From positions 1 to 64,000 of the IMG/VR virus record IMGVR_UViG_3300034066_001346: DNA of 64,000 bases. One strand, given 5' to 3'. This stretch comes from a virus. The translations under genes were made by a program, and so were the position numbers. The notes under the pieces are model-generated. The model was given only the letters and a program-made list of their open reading frames with translations, searched no databases and was not told the origin of the DNA. Below, piece by piece: positions 48,445 to 58,408 of this stretch (position 1 is the first letter of the stretch; every line of letters begins with the position of its first letter).

Positions 48445-50237
48445 ATTATTAACATCCTATCCATTGATTCTTTTAATTCTTGTGGCATTCGTGGTGCCCT
48501 TATCATATTTTGAGCATACTCTATCTCTTCACTATCTCGATCATTTAGCATTGAGCTATAAGTATGAATATCTATTTCTTGATTATTTTCAAATCTTGTT
48601 CTGCTTATTGCATTGTATATTGATCCACATACAGCATCAGCTAAGTCTTTTGACCCTTTTCTTGGGTGATCAACTCTATCACGCATAATCTTTAGCTGAA
48701 GTAATTCATCTATTAAAAGAGGAATTCTGGGGCCAAGAAGTCTTTCTTCTAGTACTATCATAGCCATATCGTCGTAGTGTTTTTTTGCGACAGACAAAAT
48801 TTCAGTGTTAATTCCATACTGCTTTAGCTGTTGCATCATGTCGTGAGAGTTCCATCGGTCAAATGTACAAACACGTATCTTAAATCCCATAGTTCTTAAT
48901 GCTAAAATATAATCTTTAACCTCAGTAAAGTCTACAGACTTATCTGCTGTTGGAGTCCAATACCTTACTGCATCCACCTCAACTATTGGTGCTGGCTGAG
49001 AATATTCATTTGTTATTTTTATGTTAACCCATTTTTGCACATGAGCCAAAGACACTGCACAGTGGTCATGCTTTTGTGCTAAGTCGACATGTATAAAATA
49101 TTCTTTATCTGGGTCTGGTGCAAACCAGTTTTCAAATCTACCAAAGCCGTCTATGGCAATTGCAGTATTTCTAAATGCCGATTCTATTTTTTCTCTTGAC
49201 TTAAAGAATGCATCTATTGCTTCTGCTGGCATGCAAGCAAATCTTCCTAGTGCATCAGATGGATTCTTATAGAATGCAACCTTAAAGTCTTCTATTTTTC
49301 TAACTGGATTAACATCCCATGTTGGTCTTTTAAGAGCATACATCTTTGGATACTTATAAGATATTATATGATCTTCTTCCCACTCTACGTCGAACTCATT
49401 CCCAGCTGTTCCATCTGGAAGATCGTCGTCTAATTTAAAATGATGTGTTCTAACAACAACTTCTTTTTCAGCAACTACGTCGTCATATCTTTGCTGAATA
49501 TAATCATTTTTATAACGTGGAAATGAAAGTAGAATTACTTTGCCAAAGTCTGGGAATCTTGAGTCTACTGATGCCCTGTACATATCATAGATTGCTGATC
49601 CAGTCTTTGCTTGCTCGTGACCAGTTGTATTTTCTATAGCAAAGCCAGAAATTTCATCAAGAATAATTACAATAACATTGTATCCTTCCCATGCCTCTCT
49701 TTCAGAGTGACCTGAGTGTACTGTGATAGCTTTATCAAACTTAATTTCAGAAGCCTTTGGGTCGTACTTTCCTGTAAACCATGGCGACTTATCTATTCGT
49801 GTTTTAAAACCTTTAAAGAAAACATTATTTGCCTGCTGAGAGTTAATTGCAATATTAATAATATCAATTGAGTCTCCAGGAGGCTTTCCATAATAAGTTG
49901 CTGGATCTTTTAGACACAATAGTAAATATACTATATAAGAAACTGCAATTGTGGAGCAGTAATCTTTTCCAGACCCCTTTCCTAATTGTGCAACGACTTC
50001 ATTAGCCGTTTGCTTAAACATTCTTTTGCCTTCTTGTTCGCCAAAAAGCTTAATGAGAGTTGACTCTTTATATATCTGGGAACTTTTTTCAATTAGAGTG
50101 TACTGATATTCAGAAAGTGGTGGTAGCCCTAAATAGTTTGGGCTCTGCACAAATGTTCTTAAATCGACTGGCTTTTCTTCAAACTCTTCGCCATCAAGTA
50201 TGTCAATTAAATCATTAAAATCAAATTCCACTTGCAT
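48441..50237 (-). CDS. Terminase large subunit
   Basis: GKGSGKD Walker A; IILDE Walker B; nuclease motifs HVDLA, FDRW and KDLADA. Confidence 0.9.
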   Translation of the reverse strand: MQVEFDFNDLIDILDGEEFEEKPVDLRTFVQSPNYLGLPPLSEYQYTLIEKSSQIYKESTLIKLFGEQEGKRMFKQTANEVVAQLGKGSGKDYCSTIAVSYIVYLLLCLKDPATYYGKPPGDSIDIINIAINSQQANNVFFKGFKTRIDKSPWFTGKYDPKASEIKFDKAITVHSGHSEREAWEGYNVIVIILDEISGFAIENTTGHEQAKTGSAIYDMYRASVDSRFPDFGKVILLSFPRYKNDYIQQRYDDVVAEKEVVVRTHHFKLDDDLPDGTAGNEFDVEWEEDHIISYKYPKMYALKRPTWDVNPVRKIEDFKVAFYKNPSDALGRFACMPAEAIDAFFKSREKIESAFRNTAIAIDGFGRFENWFAPDPDKEYFIHVDLAQKHDHCAVSLAHVQKWVNIKITNEYSQPAPIVEVDAVRYWTPTADKSVDFTEVKDYILALRTMGFKIRVCTFDRWNSHDMMQQLKQYGINTEILSVAKKHYDDMAMIVLEERLLGPRIPLLIDELLQLKIMRDRVDHPRKGSKDLADAVCGSIYNAISRTRFENNQEIDIHTYSSMLNDRDSEEIEYAQNMIRAPRMPQELKESMDRMLII

Positions 50238-50757
50238 CCTCTATGACTACTGCTTCAACTATTCCAGTAATTTGAGACAATCTTTTTGCAACATCCATCT
50301 TACATTTAGGGCAAGTAGAGGTAACCTCTTTTAATATCTTTACCAAAACCTCTTGCTTACGTTCTGCTTCTGCAATTTGTGAAGCCAATTCATTATTTTC
50401 AAGTACGCCGACATCTTGAAGCATGCCTATTCTTTTGCCCTCAATGTCCGCTATAAGCTTTAATGCGCCAGCCTTAACATTTAGTTGACCAGACTGGTCT
50501 GCGTCCTCTACGGTCTTCCAGGCCTCTTTAATGAGCATTGCATAGTGTTGGTCGGCACCTGAGATGGCTTCCTTAGCACGGTCTCTAAGGCTGCTATCAT
50601 TATGAACAACGCTCTTCCACTCATCAATAAACTCAACAACCTCTTTACGAGAAAATCCAGTTATAGAAGCAATCTGGGTAGCACTATTACCCTTTAGCAG
50701 TTCTTCAACCACCTTGTTCATTCTATCAAAATGTTGTGCGAGTTCTATTTCAGCCAT
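50221..50757 (-). CDS. Probable terminase small subunit
   Basis: N-terminal HTH and helical body; directly upstream of TerL. Confidence 0.65.
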   Translation of the reverse strand: MAEIELAQHFDRMNKVVEELLKGNSATQIASITGFSRKEVVEFIDEWKSVVHNDSSLRDRAKEAISGADQHYAMLIKEAWKTVEDADQSGQLNVKAGALKLIADIEGKRIGMLQDVGVLENNELASQIAEAERKQEVLVKILKEVTSTCPKCKMDVAKRLSQITGIVEAVVIEDASGI

Positions 50758-50772
50758 AGTTTAATTATACTT

Positions 50773-51117
50773 CTAGTTGACTGAAATAGCAAGTTTCTTA
50801 GCAATTTTAAGTAAGATTAAATAACCAATCATATCGTCAATATCATTATCTCCTGCAAATCCTGAGCCATTCTTGATCCTATTAATCTTGTCATCAATTC
50901 TGATCTTAATCTGCTCCTGATTATCTGCTTGAGAAAATATACGAATAGGACTTAATGCTGAGTCTCCATAAGATATATTCTTTTTAATTAGCATCTCTGC
51001 AATATCAAGACATTCTCTAATTATTTTATGTCCAGAAGGTGCATCAGTTGCAATTAATTGCAAATCTGTTACCCAAGACTGATAGCTATCTTTATTAGGA
51101 TAATCTGTTCCCGCCAT
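50773..51117 (-). CDS. Nucleotide-modification-associated domain protein (DUF1599-like)
   Basis: KKNISYGDS..RIDDKINRI..DDMIGYLIL. Confidence 0.65.
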   Translation of the reverse strand: MAGTDYPNKDSYQSWVTDLQLIATDAPSGHKIIRECLDIAEMLIKKNISYGDSALSPIRIFSQADNQEQIKIRIDDKINRIKNGSGFAGDNDIDDMIGYLILLKIAKKLAISVN

Positions 51118-51788
51118 TATTCCATCTCCTTATATAATTGTTTAAGACCTTTTAGTGTTCCTATATCCATATACTTTCCGCCTGGCTTTACAGCCCTAAT
51201 ATCTAGACTCATATCAATCCATTCTTGTATTTGTTTTCCTGGATGCTCTAATTCTGGATCTATGTATCTTATCAAATTTTTGCGGAATAGCATAGTTCCC
51301 CACATGTTTGAATAGTCGCAATTATTTGTTTTATCCATAGAAGAAATAACTTTATCCCCAGATAATAACACTTGACCAACTCGACCCTTTAATTCTTCAC
51401 TACATTCCCATACCCCTAAGACAAGGTCCCCAGAAACCTTATTCATTTCTTTATAAATATTATTTTGTGTTCCATGAATATATGTGTCTGGCATTCCAAC
51501 TAGAACAGTATCATTATAATCACCAACCATAAACTTTACAGCATCTGACATAGTCGATGGCTCACGAACGATTAACTTAATATTCATATCCATATTCTGA
51601 ATAATTGGAACCCATTCAGCTCTTGTTGAAACTCTAACCTCGTCACAAACTTCTAGCATTTGCTCAACGTGCCATTGTAAAAGAGATCTTTCATCTGAAA
51701 TAGGCAGGCAAAACTTAGGTATACCGCCTACACGTGAAGCTTTTCCTGATGCAGGTAAAATTCCTATTGTTGACATCATTTCTCCCAC
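51117..51788 (-). CDS. Sugar-phosphate nucleotidyltransferase-like protein
   Basis: ILPASGKASR..PKFCLPI and YMDIGT motifs. Confidence 0.8.
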   Translation of the reverse strand: MGEMMSTIGILPASGKASRVGGIPKFCLPISDERSLLQWHVEQMLEVCDEVRVSTRAEWVPIIQNMDMNIKLIVREPSTMSDAVKFMVGDYNDTVLVGMPDTYIHGTQNNIYKEMNKVSGDLVLGVWECSEELKGRVGQVLLSGDKVISSMDKTNNCDYSNMWGTMLFRKNLIRYIDPELEHPGKQIQEWIDMSLDIRAVKPGGKYMDIGTLKGLKQLYKEME

Positions 51789-52534
51789 TCATGAGGATTG
51801 AATCCATTGGGATATGACTCATTAACCATTGGATCCTTTTTCCATGCAATCCATCCAGCTTCTCTATCATCGCCCCAATACAAATGAACTACATCTCTAT
51901 CTAGTAAACGCCTTGCTTCTTCGCCATTTAATATCTTTACGTTATTATTTTTTAACCAGTCCATCTCCATAAGCTCTGGCGCCCAATCATTTAAATGCTT
52001 TTGATAAGGCTCAACACCAAGCTCTTTATATATAGCGTCAGTGAACATTTGAACATCTGTGTAATAATGAACCATATGATTATGTTTGATAATACCGCTT
52101 GCACATCTTTCAACGCATAGATCAATTGCTGCCTTCATTATTGGGCTACCAGCCTTTGCAGCAATCACTTGCGTGGCAAGCCATGGGGTGTCCCTCTCTA
52201 TATCCAAAAGAACATCATTTTCTTCTCTTAGCCAATCTGAAATTGGTGACTTACAGTGTGTATCCATATCTGCATATACTCCACCATTAATATAAAGAAT
52301 TGCAAATCTCCATAGGCCAGCCTTCATGACACCTAAAGGTAAATTGATATAAGTGTTATATACTTCTTCAGAAAAGTTTTCTTTAAAAAAGGATTCTCTA
52401 TCTGGTCCACTCATATATCCGTGTTGCCAATCTGGATTATTATGCTTCCAGGTATTTATGCTTTCTTTAGCATACTGTGGTAAATCTTCGTATGATGTTT
52501 CATACGTCTGCCAAATAGTCTTTTCGATACTCAT
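51776..52534 (-). CDS. GT32 (OCH1-like, DxD) glycosyltransferase
   Basis: IEKTIWQT and RFAILYINGGVYADMD motifs. Confidence 0.85.
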   Translation of the reverse strand: MSIEKTIWQTYETSYEDLPQYAKESINTWKHNNPDWQHGYMSGPDRESFFKENFSEEVYNTYINLPLGVMKAGLWRFAILYINGGVYADMDTHCKSPISDWLREENDVLLDIERDTPWLATQVIAAKAGSPIMKAAIDLCVERCASGIIKHNHMVHYYTDVQMFTDAIYKELGVEPYQKHLNDWAPELMEMDWLKNNNVKILNGEEARRLLDRDVVHLYWGDDREAGWIAWKKDPMVNESYPNGFNPHEWEK

Positions 52535-52677
52535 CTTTTTTTAATTAGCCCAAACTGTTCTAGGTATCTCTGAATAGTCATTGCAGAGACTTGACACTCT
52601 TTACCTATTTCTGTAACTGTTTTCTTTTGAACTACATATCTTCTATACAGCCACTCCTTGCTTTGATACATTTTCAT
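52531..52677 (-). CDS. Small HTH protein (not in ORF track)
   Basis: YQSKEWLYRRYVVQKKTVTEIGKECQVSAMTIQRYL. Confidence 0.7.
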   Translation of the reverse strand: MKMYQSKEWLYRRYVVQKKTVTEIGKECQVSAMTIQRYLEQFGLIKKR

Positions 52678-53243
52678 CGTTCTGTTAACACCTTATTTGC
52701 GTAGTGAGCAATTCCAAATGAATCTGCCACATCAAAATCATCTAAATTTAAATTATACTTATCATTAAAATAATCTACAGTTCTTTGCTTTCTCATATTT
52801 CTTATTTGATTCTTATACCATGAGTCAGCATATCCTGGACTCTTTAATCTTATCGCTGCCTTTTCTTCTTTTGTAGGGTTTTTATTCCCAATATACGCCT
52901 GCCAAGACGTCGGAGAAATAGTAATAACACTAGCACCCGTAGACATAAGTTCAGCAATGACAACGCCATATACATACGACAATTTTATCACAGCATCTGG
53001 TGATCTGACAAGGATGGCTCCTTCTACAACAATGTAATCAGACTTTAATTCATCTAACATCATAGCCATTTTTCTTTTAGCATCATATATCTTTTCATAT
53101 ATATCAATTCCTTCAAGGTTAACCTTACCCCATTTAAGAGGAACATCATTTTCCATTAAACAAAATGCTATGGAATTAGTTGATGCATCTATGCCTAAAA
53201 CTCTATTTGCTTGGGTCTTCTTTAAACTAGCTAATGTCATCAA
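52674..53243 (-). CDS. RuvC-like Holliday junction resolvase
   Basis: LGIDAS, VVEG and DVADSFGIA motifs. Confidence 0.8.
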   Translation of the reverse strand: MMTLASLKKTQANRVLGIDASTNSIAFCLMENDVPLKWGKVNLEGIDIYEKIYDAKRKMAMMLDELKSDYIVVEGAILVRSPDAVIKLSYVYGVVIAELMSTGASVITISPTSWQAYIGNKNPTKEEKAAIRLKSPGYADSWYKNQIRNMRKQRTVDYFNDKYNLNLDDFDVADSFGIAHYANKVLTER

Positions 53244-53502
53244 TCATTCCTAGCAATCTGGATCTTGATGAATCACTATTCTTTTTTTCACAACCAGAGC
53301 AAACAGAGCCTTGATTATATCTACTTAGTCTAACTCCGCATTTGCAAGCTCGATAAGCGCCATTTCGTATAGACTTTTTTTCATAATACTTCTCCATTAT
53401 TCTTCTATTTGTTGCAATTCTGCAACATTCATCTGTGCAGTATTTTTGGTTGTGTGTCTTTGCTTCAAATTCTTTTGAGCATTCTTTATTATGACATATC
53501 AT
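53227..53502 (-). CDS. Cys-rich Zn-finger protein
   Basis: C..C..QKYCTDECC and CKCG..CSGC. Confidence 0.6.
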   Translation of the reverse strand: MICHNKECSKEFEAKTHNQKYCTDECCRIATNRRIMEKYYEKKSIRNGAYRACKCGVRLSRYNQGSVCSGCEKKNSDSSRSRLLGMIDDIS

Positions 53503-54290
53503 AAAGAAGGAACCTTAAATAATTCAATCTGAACTTCACCAACTGGGGTTTCTTTGCTATAGCATTCCTTTTTAATTGGGCAGTATGTGCATGGCATTTT
53601 AGATTTAGTTGATCCTGCTGGTCGCATTGGTAGACCGCCATCTTGAAAGTTATCCCACACTTCCTGCATCCATAAAAATGTATCTTCAATTATCTTTTTG
53701 TTTTTATCATTCATAGAGATTGGTATTACAAGTATCTCCTGGGTGTTTTTATTCTCATAAAGAAAAAATCCTTCTTTCGCATTCTTAAGCTTCATGTATG
53801 TCAGAAGTTGTAGTATGTGATTTGCAGATGGTTTCATCTCGGCCTGTCTTGTATCCCAGACTTCTTGCTTTGCCGTTTTAATTTCGCCTATTACCGTCTC
53901 ACCATCATACTCCATAATTAAATCTATAAATCCACGAATTGGCGGATACTCGTTAATTATTTCTTCTTCTTCTGCCCTGAATTCTGGCATAGTGGCAATT
54001 AGCTTTTGCAATCTTTCATGAGCCTGTGTTCCTTGTGACATATTTGCAACAGCAACTGCATCATTATTATCAATGAACATAGCACCACTAAAAGCCATAT
54101 ACCAATATCTTGGGCATGTTCCGTGTCCGTATCCCAATGAGCTTGGACTAAACGACTTCTTTGTCATGTCGCCATCTGCACGCTTTGTATTTCTGTAAGA
54201 CTCATCAAGTAGCTCGGCAAATCTTTCTGGATCAAAATACTTTCCAGTATGCTTCTTAAACTTAAGGTTCTTTACTATATCTCTACCCAT
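53499..54290 (-). CDS. Cas4-like PD-(D/E)XK exonuclease
   Basis: CPRY, GFIDL..EIKT, QLLTY and C..CP...C motifs. Confidence 0.85.
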   Translation of the reverse strand: MGRDIVKNLKFKKHTGKYFDPERFAELLDESYRNTKRADGDMTKKSFSPSSLGYGHGTCPRYWYMAFSGAMFIDNNDAVAVANMSQGTQAHERLQKLIATMPEFRAEEEEIINEYPPIRGFIDLIMEYDGETVIGEIKTAKQEVWDTRQAEMKPSANHILQLLTYMKLKNAKEGFFLYENKNTQEILVIPISMNDKNKKIIEDTFLWMQEVWDNFQDGGLPMRPAGSTKSKMPCTYCPIKKECYSKETPVGEVQIELFKVPSL

Positions 54291-54628
54291 TATGAGTTAT
54301 ACCTAACAACATACTTAAGTGCATCTACAAGTTTGTCTATGGACTCCTTTAGTGAATAATATACATTTTTCTTATTATTGTTTTCAGTGCCAGCTTTATC
54401 TTTTGCAATTGTTGAATAGTATGAAGCCATCACAGCAAACTTAGTTGACATTGCTTGAAGCTCCATAATAAGCATTGGAGATTTTGCTGAAGGAACATCT
54501 GGATTCATTAAAAGCTTTACAACAATAGCCAGAGCCTTGTCTAAGTGCTCATCCTTCATGAACTCATGAAGGTCATTAAACTCAGTTATATTGCTAATAA
54601 GTTCTAATGTATTTTTATCTTCTGCCAT
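54290..54628 (-). CDS. Hypothetical helical protein of the recombination module
   Basis: ORF coupled to the exonuclease; start MAEDK assumed. Confidence 0.55.
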   Translation of the reverse strand: MAEDKNTLELISNITEFNDLHEFMKDEHLDKALAIVVKLLMNPDVPSAKSPMLIMELQAMSTKFAVMASYYSTIAKDKAGTENNNKKNVYYSLKESIDKLVDALKYVVRYNS

Positions 54629-54718
54629 CTTTTGTTCCTTTGTTAATTTTATCAATAAAAAGTCCTATTGAGTAACCTAATGCTAATCTTATCATAAACT
54701 TTAAAAAATAGATATAGT

Positions 54719-55507
54719 TTAAAATGTTAATCTCCATATGCCGTCACATTTAATACCGAAGGCCTGAACAGTTATTCTTTGATCTCCGTCTTCTATATCT
54801 ATTCCATGAGATATAGCATGAACAACTTTACTGTCCATGTGCAACATATCTCCAACAGAATACTCTACTAATTCTGGAGTATAGTTTGATACATGGTCTT
54901 CCATAAAACTTTTGTTGTAGTCTTTATTTTTAAACTCTATTTGCTTTATATAATCAGAATAAGAGTTGTTTGAGTAAATTCCTATATCTGGCTGGTCCCA
55001 AAGTATCATGCCAGCACCGCCAGCTGGCAGACTTATTGATAAAGTAAGAGAGATATAATTGCTATGATCAACCTCTGAATATCTTGATAAAGTATGTCTT
55101 ATTCTGCCAAAAGAGTTGTCTATGTGGACATTTACATTTTCTTTAAATAAATTATTGACAGTAAATCCATCTTTACCTCCATATATAAAAAATCCAGGGA
55201 TAGGCGAATCATCTAAAAATTGAGCAGCACCATAAATATCGCTAACTTTATTTATTATAGCATTGTAAAGAAAATCAAAATTTTTGCTAAGTAGGTTATT
55301 ATATAAAGCAACACTGGATAGGTACTCGTTGGATGGCGCCTCTCCGTTTTTAGGACCGTCTGCAAAAGCTGAAACTCCAAGGGTGTGCAGATTCTGTCCA
55401 GCAATAGTTCTTTCTATCCAGTATTCTTTTAGAGAGTTTACTGTGCTGGAAATACTTTTACACTCTTCTTTACTTAATATATTAACTTTTCCATACAGTG
55501 GATCCAT
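54719..55507 (-). CDS. 2OG-Fe(II) oxygenase-like protein
   Basis: HID, VHAI and RITVQ motifs. Confidence 0.65.
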   Translation of the reverse strand: MDPLYGKVNILSKEECKSISSTVNSLKEYWIERTIAGQNLHTLGVSAFADGPKNGEAPSNEYLSSVALYNNLLSKNFDFLYNAIINKVSDIYGAAQFLDDSPIPGFFIYGGKDGFTVNNLFKENVNVHIDNSFGRIRHTLSRYSEVDHSNYISLTLSISLPAGGAGMILWDQPDIGIYSNNSYSDYIKQIEFKNKDYNKSFMEDHVSNYTPELVEYSVGDMLHMDSKVVHAISHGIDIEDGDQRITVQAFGIKCDGIWRLTF

Positions 55508-56472
55508 TACATTGTTCTGCCGTCTACGTAAGAATCATCCTCTGCTTTAATAAACACCTTAATTGCTGGTGCTGTTGGCATTAACTTTTTACCCTCAATA
55601 TGTACTTCTCTATCTCTTTTACCTGCACTAACATCAATCTGTATGGCCTCTTCATTAATTCTATTCCACTCTTCGGCACCGTACTTTTCAACATTATCAA
55701 ACCATTCCTTTGATCCTGGGTGATCCCATAATGCAAATACACGTACAAAAACTTTGTGGTTACCTTCCTTTACAGCAAGTGCTGAGTGGAAGTAGGGTTC
55801 TCCTGAAGGGAAAACTGTGAGGTCTCCAAACTTTGGCTTGTATGTTATAAGTTTATTATCAACTTCACTTAAAAATTGAAGGTCTCCACCTTCGTAATCA
55901 TCGTTGACATACATTGTTATTGTAATAATTTGCTGAGTTCGTGGGCTTCCGTTTCTGTGCTCATGAGTATCTGTATGGAAACCAATTGCAAAATCTTTTT
56001 CTGGCTTGTTATCATGCTTTAATATCTCAATAACACTGTAGAACATCCTTGTTGCCTTATCATTGTTAATGTTCCAATTATCAATATACTCAGGCCAGTA
56101 TCCTGAATCTGACCATTCATCAATATAGTCTTTAAAGACTTCTCCAAATACCTGGTAAAGCTTTTCTCTGAAGTCATATAAGAATATAAGGTTTTCGTCT
56201 TCTAGGCCTTCTGGCTTTTTTGTAAAATTAAAAAAAGTTTTCTTGCCAAACGTATGCCATGGGACCCAATTGTTTAATGGACTATCCTTTTGCTCTTCTA
56301 GTGGAAGAACGCCATGATCATCTTTTCTCATTGACTCTTCTTCATTTGTTATTTCTATTCCAGAAATATCTGTATCATACATCTGTAGTAATGAGTAGAA
56401 TCTCTGAAGCTCTTCTTTACTAAACAAATCTTTATAAACTACAACTTGTGGCATTACTGTATATTTTTTCAT
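55507..56472 (-). CDS. 2OG-Fe(II) oxygenase
   Basis: HTD, YVNDDYEGGD and FPSGEPYFH motifs; start MKKY. Confidence 0.8.
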   Translation of the reverse strand: MKKYTVMPQVVVYKDLFSKEELQRFYSLLQMYDTDISGIEITNEEESMRKDDHGVLPLEEQKDSPLNNWVPWHTFGKKTFFNFTKKPEGLEDENLIFLYDFREKLYQVFGEVFKDYIDEWSDSGYWPEYIDNWNINNDKATRMFYSVIEILKHDNKPEKDFAIGFHTDTHEHRNGSPRTQQIITITMYVNDDYEGGDLQFLSEVDNKLITYKPKFGDLTVFPSGEPYFHSALAVKEGNHKVFVRVFALWDHPGSKEWFDNVEKYGAEEWNRINEEAIQIDVSAGKRDREVHIEGKKLMPTAPAIKVFIKAEDDSYVDGRTM

Positions 56473-56771
56473 TGATTTTCCTCCCAGAAATTTATTAATT
56501 CTTCTAAAACTGACCACTCTATTATACCAAGCCTTACTTTAGACTGTTCGCCAAGTATTACTTTTAGGGCTGGGTGCATGTCTCTATTTACCTTAAACGT
56601 ATCAGTGCAAATCTTTGCCCATACGTCTTTATTTAAAGCAAAGGATCTTGAAGCCTCTTTATAGTCTACTAAGAACTGATTCCATTGGGCATCACCTTTT
56701 TGATAATCCCCACGTCCGCTATTTTTTTGAGCTTTTGCCCCATCACGTTTTACCTCTGCTCTTTCTGACAT
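56469..56771 (-). CDS. Hjc-like resolvase / PD-(D/E)XK nuclease
   Basis: NSGRG..KGDA..VDYK. Confidence 0.6.
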   Translation of the reverse strand: MSERAEVKRDGAKAQKNSGRGDYQKGDAQWNQFLVDYKEASRSFALNKDVWAKICTDTFKVNRDMHPALKVILGEQSKVRLGIIEWSVLEELINFWEENQ

Positions 56772-56954
56772 TATCCAACCTGTATTGAATTCTCATGCCC
56801 ATCGCTGCATTTCCATGTCAGCAAAAGTTTTTTTGAGTCCCATAGAGCACCGTCAACATTTAGATCACACTTAGAGCATGGCCTAATCCCATCCAGACTC
56901 TCAATATCTGCGTTATCTGGAACAAATTGTTTGTCTGGCTTATTTAAAAACTCA

Positions 56955-57959
56955 TTAAGATTTGGCATTTATTTCCTTAATTAATTTTTCTACCACATCT
57001 GGGTTTTCTCTAAGATAAGCGACAGCTTTTGCTCTACCCTGGAATCTTTCCTCATTAATGGTATACCATGCACCACCCTTTTCAATTATTCCACACATCT
57101 CTGCAACATCTAGGGTTTCTCCGACCTGATCTACACCCAAAGACTCGCCTTGGTAATAAAAATCATACTGACCTGAAAGATTTGGTGGACCCAACTTATT
57201 GTAATCTATAATCCAATTTACTGGCCTACCTACTCTTTGCTCAATAATTTTATCTCCAACTTTAACGCCTGACTTAATAGCATTAGCCTCAGCTTCGCTA
57301 GACCAAAGTTTAATGACAGTAGAGGAGAAAAATTTAACCGCCATGCCGCCCGTAGGGATATGGCTTGCATGCATGCTGCCAAACTGATTGCGCTGCTGAG
57401 AAATAAGAACGAGTAGCGTATTTTTATTTGCGTAATTAAGCATCTTAACTGCATGAGTCATGTCCTTTGCTTCTGCACCGATTTGCTTAGTATCCTGCAA
57501 ATCTTTCATTTCATTGCCGTCTTTTTCAAAATAGATCGCTGGGAGAAGTGCAGAAATAGAATCAACAACAATTATATCTACGCCAGCATTCATAAGCTTT
57601 GTTGCAACATCAACCATATCATTTACTGTTTTTGCTGGAGAGTGTATTAATGACTTTGAGTCTACTCCCAAAGACTCTGCCCAGTCTGGATCATATGAAT
57701 CTTCAGAGTCAATCCAAGCACAAGTCTTTCCTTCTTTTTGAGCAAGTGCAATCATTTGTAAACAAAATGAAGACTTTCCAGCAGATTTATTTCCCCATAT
57801 AAGGGTTTGTCTTCCGTAGCCAAGGCCTCCCTTTAATGCCATGTTAAGGCCAATGCTTGGGGTTTTCTGTCTATCTACTTTAACATTTTGTGCTGATTGA
57901 ACTCTTGCTCTAGTTTTTGGATCTAGTTTTGCTAGTATATCGTCTATCAAAATTGTCAT
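56955..57959 (-). CDS. recA: RecA/UvsX-like recombinase
   Basis: GNKSAGKS, IDSE, VVDSISAL, TGGMAVKF and GGAWY motifs. Confidence 0.9.
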   Translation of the reverse strand: MTILIDDILAKLDPKTRARVQSAQNVKVDRQKTPSIGLNMALKGGLGYGRQTLIWGNKSAGKSSFCLQMIALAQKEGKTCAWIDSEDSYDPDWAESLGVDSKSLIHSPAKTVNDMVDVATKLMNAGVDIIVVDSISALLPAIYFEKDGNEMKDLQDTKQIGAEAKDMTHAVKMLNYANKNTLLVLISQQRNQFGSMHASHIPTGGMAVKFFSSTVIKLWSSEAEANAIKSGVKVGDKIIEQRVGRPVNWIIDYNKLGPPNLSGQYDFYYQGESLGVDQVGETLDVAEMCGIIEKGGAWYTINEERFQGRAKAVAYLRENPDVVEKLIKEINAKS

Positions 57960-57988
57960 ATTAACCTTCTCTTTGTATCAGTATATCA

Positions 57989-58408
57989 TTAAAATAAATT
58001 GCCGTGAAGTCTTGGTCTGTTAGAATTTATATCCATCTTCTTAAATAGCTGTTCGTCTAAGCTTGTATCTATTAGTCCGCCGTTCATCATTGCTGCATAT
58101 AAATCTAAAAGACGAATAATTACATCAGCCATTTCTTCTACAATCTTTTCAGACCCATGATTTTTTCGAATAGCCTCTAAAACTTCAGTTACTTCGGAAT
58201 GAACTAAAGCAAGTTTGTTACCTAGCTTATCGTGATTTACTGGGCCTTCCCAAAAACCTTTTTCTATTGCTGTCTCGTGAAGTACAGCTGCCAAGGCATC
58301 GAGACCATTGTCTGTAACCATGTATACGCCGTGATCACCATTATTCATTTGCTGCATTCTTTTCCTTAAGCTTAAACACAAATGTCTGTTCATCTGAATT
58401 ATATTCAA
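57989..58408 (-). CDS. MazG-like NTP pyrophosphohydrolase
   Basis: HSEVTEVLEA..EEMADVIIR. Confidence 0.8.
   Translation of the reverse strand: MNIIQMNRHLCLSLRKRMQQMNNGDHGVYMVTDNGLDALAAVLHETAIEKGFWEGPVNHDKLGNKLALVHSEVTEVLEAIRKNHGSEKIVEEMADVIIRLLDLYAAMMNGGLIDTSLDEQLFKKMDINSNRPRLHGNLF

Noticed and set aside
6530-50782. AGTYRACT palindromes near promoters (6530, 11944, 20931, 25509, 50775)
   Set aside because: A degenerate 8-mer is expected a few times by chance, the spacing to -10 is inconsistent, and it overlaps TTGACT -35-like sequence
53499-54290. Cas4-like gene as evidence of CRISPR-Cas
   Set aside because: It is a stand-alone phage exonuclease in a recombination operon, common in actinophages
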